Assembly: GCF_963921235.1 (NCBI RefSeq)
Contig: NC_086117.1
Location: 16,616,001 to 16,680,000, forward strand
Length of the DNA: 64,000 nt
Reading direction: 5' to 3'
From: Mobula hypostoma
Taxonomy: Eukaryota
Position 1 is the stretch's first letter. The number at the start of each line of letters is the position of its first letter. The position numbers and the translations under genes were made by a program. The notes beneath the pieces were generated by a model, which saw only the letters and a list, made by a program, of their open reading frames with translations, was not told the origin of the DNA and ran no database searches. Below, piece by piece: positions 34,215 through 45,390 of the stretch.

Positions 34215-36371
34215 TCTGTTCGCAGTGACCGCAAAATATTGCAGATTCTGTAGGTAACCAATGTCCTGTGGAATGGAGGTTAGGTTGTTATGACTCAAAT
34301 CTAAATACCGTAATTTGCGGCAGTAGAAGAACTGTGTGGGAATCTTTTCAATCTTGTTTCGGTTCAAGTAGAGCCTTTCCATGTTGTTCAAAGTGCCAAT
34401 CTGAATAGGGATGTAGGCAATGTGGTTATACCACAGCTTAAGGCAGACCAGGTGCCGCAAGTGCTGGAAACTGATTATTTCCTCGATTGTCTTCAAATTG
34501 TTGTCTTTGAGATCGATCTCCTGCAAGTTATGGAGACTGAAGATTGAGTGCGGGATTCGTTCTAAATCACAGCGAATCAACTCCAATTCTGTCAGATTAA
34601 CCATTTTCTTCAGACTATTGAGGACCATCAGCTTGGTACCCTCGTTATTGATCGACAATTTCTGTAGATGAACACCAACATCTGTAACAACCTGCGGCAG
34701 CTTAGTCAAGTTGCTCTTTAGCCTCAGAACTTTGAGACATTTGAGATCCCGCAAGCCATCAATTACAATGTAGCGGTTATTTTCTGCACTCAGATTCCCA
34801 GTTAGATGAAGCTCTTCAAGGTTCTTCAGGCTGTAGATCCACAGGGGAATCTCTTTGATGTCTGTAAACTTGATGTGCAACGACTTCAGGTGCTCACGCA
34901 AGAAGGCTAGAGCTGGTGCCTCAATCTTTGCCGGTGTGTGGTACAACCAGAGTTCTTTGAGGTTGGCAAGCTGGGCAATGATTGGGGGAATGGTGACGTC
35001 CAGGATCATCTCTAGTTTGAGCACTTCCAATTCAGTCAAGTCAAAGATGGTGTCTGGAATTCCACTCAGCATGAAGAGGTGGAGTTCCAGTTTATCTTGG
35101 GAGTTTTTCATGATCCTCTGCCGGAGTTTTTCCAGGGTCCACTCATTATTCAGATTGAGCTGACGCAACTTGTTCTCACTGACCTCAGACAAAAAGACAG
35201 CAAAACGTTTCGAGTACAGTGGATCATACTGATCAATCAGGTGCAGCATGAAAGCAAAGTCATTCTTAACATCAGGAATATCACTATAGCTACTCTCCTC
35301 CCTGATGGACTCAAATGAATATTTCTTCAATGAACGCCGGAGCATCCACCAAAGTGTGTACATGCAAATGAGTCCATAAACAATCACTAAACTAATATAA
35401 AATGATGCCAGGATTTTGAACAAGGTGGCTAATGGATGAGCACACTGATACACGCGGTATCCTGTGAGGTTCTGAATATCCACAATACAAGGCACATCAA
35501 ATTTTATATCATCAACATAATAAAGTGAGTAACTAATAATAAGTGCGAATTTGATTACTTTGATAATAGTCTGTCTCATGTAGAGTTGGTAAACTATATC
35601 TCCTTCCTCTACATGAGTGCGGAATTTCTTTACTTTTTCAAAAAGGGCCTTAGCTTGCTCTCCTTCCTTTTTATCCAGTACTCCTGTCTCTGAGCGATCA
35701 ACTATCCCCTGTTCAATGCGTGATTTTGTTCTCTGCAACATGGGTACGCTGGCCTCCACGTCCTCACTTGCGGAAGAAGATTTCTTTGCCATTGAGCCAT
35801 TCATTTTAACAAATGACTGTTTTGGGTCACTTTCCTCAACCACAGTTTCGGATAGTGCTCGTGTTGTCCATGGTGAGTCAAAGCATTTAAGGAGGATAGA
35901 TACAAAATGTTCTAGCTTTGAGCTCGTCCGAGGATACTTGAACCAGAAATTACTACACACCAAGAATACTAGTGTGTGCAGAAGTACAAGGTATGGGAAG
36001 TATTTTGCAAACCAGTGAAGTTTAGTCTCATAGCACACTGCATCCACATAATTGTACTGGTGCCGATCCAAGTCATATTGGATGCCCGTGGGCTCGTCAG
36101 AAAACGGGGGAAAGACTGAAGGCCGAGGGAGGGATCCATTTGGATAATCTATTATTGGCGGTTGTGCAGGTTCTCGACATGTATTGTTTGAAACCCATTT
36201 GCAGGGTAAACAGATCATTTTGTCTTGTGTGACCTGCAATGTGCCCCCAAACACTGCTATCATAAGCATTACAATGGAGATGTAGTCCGTAAACACGTCC
36301 CACCATGGCTTCAAGATTCGGTAAGCAGGCTGGGTGTCGGCAAAATATCGCAGTTCTGTTACTGGAATCAT
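34215..36371 (-). CDS. LRRC8A: LRRC8A (SWELL1) coding exon 1, residues 1-719
   Basis: MIPVTELRYFADTQPAYRILKPWWDVF...YDLDR103HQY...VTANR is very similar to mammalian LRRC8A. Acceptor ttttcag|GTGCGTG ATG (exon starts 36378). Phase-0 donor AGA|GTGAGT at 34215/34214. CDS portion is 2157 nt. Confidence 0.97.
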
Positions 36372-37314
36372 CACGCACCTGAAAATTAACAGAAATAAAT
36401 TATGGTAGGTATTCTTATTACTAACTAGAAAATTAATTATGGACATTGTATAGCTTATGTTACTCTTAAAACTTAGATATTTTGGCCACCATATAGCAGC
36501 TCATTGGCCAATCAGATTCCCCACTAACTGGATCACCTGGGTAAGACCTATCTGGCTATAATGAGAATGCACAAACTCCACACAATTAACACTGGTAATC
36601 GGGTTTCAACCTGGAGCTGTGAAGTTGCAACTGTTCTAGTTGTGCTACTGAACACCCATACTGTACACCCACACACCCAGCGAAAACTAGAAAGACTACT
36701 TTTGATTGTATACAGGGCAGCAATAATGATAAAGGCCTGTTCCTTGTGCTACTGGAAGCAAGTTGAGGAATATTAGAACATAATAAACTGGAACAGTAAT
36801 CAATGGTCCCTCTAGCCCACTCTTCAACCTAAAAAAAACCCTTACTTGATATTCTTGGTGTAATCTCACTAAGATTCCTTTATACGATTGCAACGAGACA
36901 GCCCTACCCTTTTACTCACATTCTCTAATAATAAAGGCCAATATATTTTTCCATATCGTACTTCATCCACCATGTTGTCCACATCTGCAATTTATCTACA
37001 TCTCCTTCAATTCTCTTTGCATCTTCAACACTACTCGCCAAGTTACAATCCATGCAGTAGCCTACTACTGAGTTCTTGCTAACCCAAGAAGGGCTTATTT
37101 ATTCCTACTTTGTGTTTTCCATTTGCTCAGCAACTCTCATTTAACGTAGCAAAATACCCCTAATCAATGTCCAGCATCTTCTGGGTGGGACCTTATCAAA
37201 AACCTTCTGAAGATCCAAATACACCACATCCAACAATCCCTCCAAACACACCACATCCCTTTTGTTTACTTTACCAAAAATACTTTCAAAGAACTCTAAC
37301 AGATTTATCAAATA

Positions 37315-38878
37315 TAGGTTTCCCCCACCATCCGAAGGTAGAGCGTTCCTATGAAACGGTTCGTAAGCTGGAATGTCGTAAAGCGAAGAAGCAATTACCA
37401 TTTATTCATATGGGAAAAATTTGTGAGTGTTCGCAGACCCAAAAATAACCTACCAAATCATGCCAAATAACACATAAACCTAAAATAACAGTAACATATA
37501 GTAAAAGCAGGAATGATATGATAAATACACAGCCAATATAAAGTAGAAATACTTTTCCACAATCATTGCCTGCGCTGTTCTCCGTAGTGAAAATCTCACG
37601 CAAGCGCTCTCGGCAAAAACACTCTCTCCAGTAACCTTTAAACTATGAAGCTGCCGAATCATACCAAATAAACACGTAAAAATACACAGCCAATATAAAG
37701 TAGAAATAATGTATGTACAGTGTAGTATCACTTACCGGAATTGGGACAGCGCCGAGCACACTGATGATGGTGTGTTAGGCTGAGTTGTCAGAGGTTGGGG
37801 TGGTGCAGTGGCCCCCGGGCCGCCGACCGATACCGATTCACGGAGAATGCAGGGGTACAGCGGTAGCCAGGACACACCCAGCACATCTTTAAGAAAAAAG
37901 CTGAAATAAACATGCTAATTAATTAGGTGCCACCCGGCATGTAATTGTCGGCCCAGATCAGAGGCGATTGCCGATTGCATCGCCTCTGATCTGGGCCAAC
38001 AATTACGTGCCGGGCGGCACCTAATTAATTAGCATGTTTATTTCGGCTTTTTTCTTAATGATATGCTGTGTGCCTCCCGGCTACTGCTGCATTCTCCGCG
38101 AATTGGTATCTGTCCGCGGCCCGGGGTTTGGGGTGGTGGGACACTGGGGTGTCATCTCGTCATCGTCTGTTTCCATTAGGGCAGGCAGGTCATCTTCTCC
38201 TATGTCTGCCCGCCTCGATGTCAAAGGTCAAGGTTCGTCGTCTGCTGTGGCTGATGTAGAAGGCTTGAAAAACGACAGTATGCTTGACTGCTGAGTGTCA
38301 CGCATTTTTCTATCATACAGTTCTTTGCAAGCACTCAAACCATCTTGCAAATATGCCCTAAACCGACGTACCCTTTCAAAATTAAAGTCATACTTTATCA
38401 TTGCAGCGAAATTCTCACGCAGTTGCTTCACATTCAGTTCCTGGACAACTTCACTTTCGCTACTGCATTCGGTTTCGATTGTTATCCTTTCCTCTTCCAA
38501 TGGCATCAGCTCTTCACCTATCAGTTCTTGGTCATGGGATGTCAAAACCTCTTCAACATCATCTTCGCCAACTTCCACAAGCCAAACTTACTTTGTCCTT
38601 ACTTCGTTCACCACGATCGAAACGCTTAATTATGTCTAGTTTTACGCTAAGTGTAACACCCTTACGAGCTCTTTTAGGCTTTTCTGATACCTTAGAACTC
38701 ATCTTGCTAACGGCTGCTCACAAGCACTTGCTTCAGCGATGCCAGCGAGAATGCAGTTCCGAATCCAGGGGAGAGCGGCTGCTCGGGGCATGCGGCGCGC
38801 TGCTTTTTATCACGCACTGCCTTTTTTCGTAACAGTGAGGTTTTGTAAAGTGAACGTTCGAAAAGCAGGGGACACCCG
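37315..38878 (-). mobile_element. Tigger/pogo-like DNA transposon, internally deleted (non-autonomous)
   Basis: TA flanks at 37313-14 and 38879-80, with imperfect TIRs (CAGGTKTCCCC-like). ATG 38702 gives MSSKVSEKPKRARKGVTLSVKLDIIKRFDRGER (CENP-B/psq HTH), joined out of frame to a TIGD-like C-terminus (EDDVEEVLTSHDQEL). The DDE domain is absent. Confidence 0.85.
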
Positions 38879-41029
38879 TATACCTTAAATTTAACAAATC
38901 TACTTGTTTATTTGATTTTCTAAATGTCTTGATGTCAGATTTGTTATTAAAGATTCTGAGAGTTTATCAACTGGCACTATCAAGTTAACAGATTGGTAGT
39001 CCCTTGATTTCTCTCTTCCTTTATTAAAAATATGGTTACATTTTCTATTCTCTAATCTTTAAGAATCATTTCAGAATCTATAGTATTTTGGATAACATCT
39101 ACTATCTCAACGATGTGGATAATCTTGCCGTTATCAGTTTTCAAGCTCGTTAAGTTCTCTAGCAGTACATCTTTACTGATGTTAATCTTTTTGCTCCTTA
39201 ATTGCACTGAAACCGTGTGGTTCAGTGTTTCTGGGAGACTTGGTTGCAGCTTACTTTAGTCTATGCCACTACTCCCTCAGTCACTTGCCAAACTCCAAAA
39301 CCAAGAGATCAAGATGTTGCAGCTAAATGTTTCCAGTACATGGGTGTCTATGTCACAGGAAGAACCCATTTGCCATTGACTGAGTTGCTCAGCTATGCCT
39401 CACCTTTACAGATATCAATAACATTAGGGAGATAAGTTAAGAGCAAGAATACAAGTGTGATTATTTATTGTGATTCTAACTGGTAACTGTGCCTCACAGC
39501 TGAGTCTAGCTTTGGTGGTTCTATCTTTTAGAATGGAGGCTTGACTATAATTATATGTTGTAAAAGAAAGAACCACATGACTAAATTGTTTTCACGATCA
39601 AATAACAGGTTCAATACAAAAACATTTTATTATTAAATGATTAACGAATACTAATTAAAGTGCTAACCAATGATTACAATTCCTATTAGTTTTGGGCAAT
39701 TTTTTTAAATAGTTTATTGAAGTGTCCAAAAATTATAGGATATATAATTGGTTGGCACTCCATTTGATACTCATTAAGCAAATTCAAATGCACAAGAAAT
39801 TACCTATTCAATGGAAAAAAAAGTGTTAAACATGAATTCTATGAAATTACCTAGATCATGTTTCTTTATTAGCTGTTTGGGTCTCATTGCTCTCTACACT
39901 TTAGCTTCAAATTCCAATCTCTACTTCCCAGCAATAGGCCATTCTCCTCTATGACTGTTGTGAATAATGTGATTAATTTACTCTGTAGCCTCCCTGTCTA
40001 GAGAAACATTGATGAAAATCTTCAAATCAAGCTCAGGCAATTGATGCATGATGAGTTAAATCTACCAATCAAGAAATAGATATTTCCAAAATGCCATGGT
40101 CAAGAGCTCAAAAAGTTGATATTAGCAACAAAGATATTTATGAGCCTGTGTGAACACAGAAATTATCCTTTAATCTCTTTACCAGTTGGACATTTGGATA
40201 TCCTGTGACGTGCATTTGGATGCACCAGCTTTAGCAGACTCTTTATAATTCCATTTAAAAAACGCAGAAAAGTTTCCAATGGAAATGGTAAAGACAGACA
40301 CTATCCGTTTAAAATTATGACATTTGCACACTCTACTTGGCATCCTCTAATCCAGTTTCACTTGTATATGACAGCCTGAGGCACAACACCATATGAGAAT
40401 GACAGGCAGTGTATTACCGACATAGCACATACATCCTTCAATAACCCTTAGTTTGGTTACAGTAATAGATTTTATATATGTAACACGATAACAGTATATA
40501 GCTTATTTCATATCTACCACATTTAACTATCATTCTTCCAATAGTGGGACACAGATCAGTACAGCACAGCAACAGCCCCTTTGGCCCACAATGTTTTGCT
40601 GAACTATGCTAATTAGTAATCAAATACTCAATCAAACTAATCCCCTTTTCCTAAGTAAAGTTCATATCCTTCTATTCTGACAACTTATGTGACATGTAAA
40701 AAGCTTCATAAACATCTCAACTACTACTGAAATCAAATTATCTGCAACCCATGACTGACCACAATAATTACGTTGTTTTAAAGGAATAGAATGATCTTGA
40801 GCTGAAAGTGCAATGAAACTCTTGGCTGTTGAGTGCTCTGACTACATTAAAAGCTTTGTGACAAAACCTGGTATGTCCCATTTAATCCAATGGTAAAGTA
40901 CCATTATCATCAAGATTATATGATAGAAAAGATATGAATTTTTCAAATCAATCTACACTACAATTCTGCTACACTAGAGTTCATTTGGAATAACATTACT
41001 TATTGTGTAAATTGCATGAAAGAGTGGAA

Positions 41030-41615
41030 TGGCATGATAGCGTAGCAGCTGGCGTAACACTTTACAGCACCAACAATCAAGTCAAGTCTATTGTTACTTA
41101 ACTATATACAGTACATATATACCGTCAAACGAGACAACGTTTCTCCGGACCAGGGTGTAAAGCACAGTAGTACACATAACACACAATAACTTAGGAAACT
41201 AAGGATAAAATCTACAAATGGATTACACATAAATAAATTAAAGTGAATAAATTAAATATTGTCAGATACAGAACAGATTAATCAGTCACACCCTATATGT
41301 GATGTAGTAGGGAGTTCAGAAACCTTTTGGCTTGAGGGAAGGAACTGTTTCCCATCATGACAAGTCTTGTATTTATGCTTTGGAGTCTCCTGCCTGTTGA
41401 CAGAAAGTCAAAGAGGATCAGGGTTCAATTCCCACAGTTGTCTGTACGTTCTCTCCTTGACTGCGCCAGTTTCCTCCCACATTCCAGAAATGTACAAGTC
41501 AGGTTTATTGAATTGTGAGCATGCTATGTGGGCAGTGGAAGCGTGGCAACACTTGTAAACAGTCTCCAGTTCATCCTTACAAACAACACATTTCTCTGTA
41601 TGTTTTGATCTTTAT
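41030..41615 (+). mobile_element. tRNA-derived SINE split by an antisense LINE 3' fragment (about 41080-41410)
   Basis: A-box half at 41030-41075; B box GGGTTCAATTCCC and the core resume at about 41420. Confidence 0.55.
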
Positions 41616-42699
41616 TGAATGAAAGGATTTTTTTCACTGCAGTAAACCTCAATTTACAAAATGGATAGCATTCCCTCCTCCTAAAGTCATTGGAAAATAG
41701 AAATTAAACTACAGATTTGTAAGAAGCTTGTTACAAACTATTGGAGTTGAACAATTGCATTCCCGCAACCTTTTAATAGAACAAGATGACCACAAGACAT
41801 AGCAGGAGGTTAGGCCATTCAGCCAATCAAGTTTACTCCAGCATTCCATTACCTCTGATTTATTATCCCTCTCAACTCCATCCTTTTAGCTTCTCCCCAT
41901 AATTTGACACAGTGACTAATTCAAGAACCTATCAACCTCTGCTTTAAATATACCCAGTGACTTTACCTCCACAGCCATCGGTGGCAATGAATTCCACAGA
42001 TTCACCACTCTCTGGCTAAAGAAATCCCTCCTTATCTCTGTTCTAAAGATATAATTTCTGAACTATTACTTAGTCTTACCAAGTTTTATCAAAATCGTAC
42101 AAGTATCAGTTGTACATTATAGAATAAATCTGAACCAAAAAGGACACCTAGAGTTAAAAAGAAGCAATTAGGATATACTGCTTGGAATCTGCCTTAATCT
42201 GCTGAGTTTGACATGTAAACATCATTACATTCAAGCTGGTCCATTAGTGAAGAAAAACACGGCTGATGCAGACATAATGAGGCAGGAGATGATTATTTTC
42301 AAATGAATTCTCAGGTAACCCAGGGAACTTTTAAAAGTGAAGGACATGATTAATGAAGAGGCATGCCTTTAAAACTGTTACAAAACAGAGTTAGCAATAC
42401 CGTTAGTCAAATACTGCTTGAAATGTCGAGGACCTCCCTTTTTTGCAACAGGTGAATTTCAAAGCAAGCTAAAAGCCAGTTGATATTTCTCCCATAGAAA
42501 ACTATGAAACTGAAGATCTATCATGGTTATGCTTTATCAACAGCATTCCTTCCATTACAGGATGGGGAAGTCCTCAGTTATGACTGCACAATGCTGAACT
42601 CCAGTCACAAATCCTAAATAGGACTTAGATATGCCCTGGCCTCCTATTGATCAGTAAGTGAACTTTGTGCTATAAAGACAAACAGGTCAGAATTACATC

Positions 42700-43105
42700 T
42701 TGAAGTTTCGGGACTCTAAGGAAAGATAGAACAGGTTAGGACTTCATTCCTTGGAACGTAGAAGATAGAGGTATACAAAATTATGAGGGGTATAGATAGG
42801 GTAAATTCTCCACTGAGGTTGAGTGGGACTACAACTAGTGGGCATGGTTAAGAGTGAAAGGTGAAAAGTTTAAGGGGAACATGAGAGGAATCTTCTTTAC
42901 TCAGAGGATTGTGAAGGTGTGGAATGAGGTACGTGTGAGCTCAATTTCAACATCTAAGAGAAATTTGGATAGGGACATAGATGGCAGGGGTATGGAGGGC
43001 TATGGTCCGGATGCAGGTCAATAGGATTAGGCAGCTTAATTTTGGCATGGACTAGATGAACTGAAGGGCCTGTTCCTGTCCTGTACTTTTCTATGACTGT
43101 ATGAC
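42700..43105 (+). mobile_element. CR1 3' fragment
   Basis: Reverse-complement similarity to the 3' ends of the CR1 copies at 30.0-30.5 and 45.4-45.8 kb. Confidence 0.7.
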
Positions 43106-44877
43106 TAACATTTTGTTGCTGATAATGAGAAACATTGGGTACATTAATATAACATCTTGAGTGTGGCATTACTTCATTGGTAATCTGGAACTTGGCAAAG
43201 TAACAACTAGACTTTGTAGTATGTGAGTTGCACAAATAGAACTGCTACCTCACAACTTCAGTGTCATCTTGTGGTGTCTGCACATTTTCCCTGTGAGTCT
43301 CGAAGCACCGGCTTGATGGGCCACAAGGCTCGGGACAGACTTTAACTTTAATGCGGATGCCCTCCTACATCCCAAAATGAGTTGATCATGTAATTTCCCA
43401 CTGTAAAGTGCCTCCAGTGAACAGTTTAAAAGTAGAATATTGGGGGAGATGTCTGGGGTGGTGAACTTGATGAAACTGTTGCAAGAGTTATAAATGGGAT
43501 TCGTGTATATCAGTGCTGACGATCAGTATGGAGTCAGTGAGCCAAAGGATGGGTGCTGAATGATCACCAAAATTGTAAGATGCTTTTTGGGTGATGTTGT
43601 GGGGGTGGAAGAAATCTGCTCCACTTTCTTGGGACGAACCTACATGGCTCCATTTGCTTGACTTTTAAATGCTCTCCAAAATGGCCAAGAAAGCCACTTG
43701 GTTGTAGGTATGTTACCCAATCTTCCAATCTTCCCAAAGAGCAGAAATGGGTAGTGAATAAATAAAGATTTTGGGAATCCAAAAAATGAATAAACAAACT
43801 ACTTCACTATGTAGGTCTGGGTAAAGTTTTTTTTTTTGGTTCCAGTGTTACATAATTACCTCACAATGAATATAAAAAAGCCTATGTTCTTTGCTCCTGC
43901 CAAATATATCAGCGCTGGTTGTGAACAGTAATGGTGAAACAGAGGCAGAGTTTCAGATTCATGTCAAAACTTTGTCACTGAAATTCTTCTATTGCCTTTA
44001 CTCAGATGAAAGAGATTCCATTTGACATATAGATACTTAGTTTTTAACTGAAGTTCAGTTTGGTTTGTGTCATGCTATCTTGCACAAGAAAATTAACACT
44101 AGTATGGCTCAAAAGAAAATCATGCAGATGCCTGAAATCTGAAATTAGGAAAATGCAGGAAATATGTGTGGGAATAGAGCTATTTCTTTCAGGAAATTGA
44201 TATTTGCTCAAGCGCAGAGTAAAGGGAAAAGGGGCCAGAGAACAAAAAGGAGTGTCAGTAAGAGGATGAAGATCAGGAGAGATTTGTAATAGCAGCCTGA
44301 TGACTGAAAAAGGGTTTAAAATGAGGAAATATTACTTCATTCAGTGGATGGTGAACCTTGAAATTCTCTGCATGGGAAGAGAATCAATGCTCAGTCACGG
44401 ACTGCTTTCAAAACAGAAATTAATCATTTTCTGAACATTGAAGGAATCAAGGTTTAGAGAGATAGAGCAGGCAAATGGAGTTTGAAGTAGCACACCTGAC
44501 TGGGAAAAAGGGCTTACATTATTGTTTGTTAGGGGAAAGAAAAGGTACACCATGAGAGAAATGAAATCTGAAATTACAAGAGGAACAAGTAAAAGCAAAT
44601 GCAGTACATTTTAGATACAGGACAGAATTTCTTTTATTTGAAATTGTTGAATTCAATGTTTAGTTTTGGAAGCTGTAATTAGTAGTATTGACATACGAAA
44701 TGCTGTTCCTCATAAGCTTCATGTAAGCAGTGTAGGAGCCTAAAGACAGAGGACTGTGTATGGATAGAATGAAGGATTGAATTGATAGGCAACTGGAAGC
44801 GCAGTGTTACATAAGCCGCCAAAATGAGGCATTCTGAAGAGCTGTCACTCAATCCATACGTAGCCTCTCCAATTTAC

Positions 44878-45123
44878 GGGGCACTATGGTAGCATAGTGG
44901 TTAACGTGATGCTATTACAACCTGGGGCATCGGAGCTTGGAGTTCAATTCCAATGCCCTCTGAAAGAAGTTTGTACATCCTTCCTGTGAGATTCGGTTTC
45001 CTCCCCCAGTCCAAAGACGTACCAATCTGTAGGTGATTGGTCATTGTAAATTATGGGTGGGTTGCTGCGCATTTGGCTTGTTGGGCCGGAACGGCCTGTT
45101 CCGCGTTATACCAATAAATAAAA
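44878..45123 (+). mobile_element. tRNA-derived SINE
   Basis: TGGTAGCATAGTGG A box, GAGTTCAATTCC B box, and an (AATA)n tail. Confidence 0.7.
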
Positions 45124-45390
45124 TGAAGAAGAGATCACTTTATAAGTAATGAATGTATACACTGAATTGGATGTACAAGTGGATCATTGCTTAATGTACA
45201 AAGAGTGTATGGAATCCCAAGTGCAGGCAGCAAAAGGGCAATTACAGAGAAAGGAGCCACAAGAAAGAGACTGGGGTGCTGCAGGTAGATAGGTGAACAG
45301 CACAATCAAAAGTGTGCTGATCCACAATAGAAACTGTGCAACTTGCATAAGGTTGCCTCTTCATTTCAATACAATTAGAATTTCACAGAG

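Noticed and set aside
4596-34215. In-frame LRRC8A/LRRC8D-like chimeric protein by read-through splicing
   Set aside because: The LRRC8A donor is phase 0, while the D-like exon has 2 nt before its ATG, so the join would be out of frame.
34122-36446. 774-aa ORF as the full LRRC8A protein
   Set aside because: The first 25 and last 30 residues are intronic read-through. A canonical acceptor (36379-80) and donor (34214) define the real exon.
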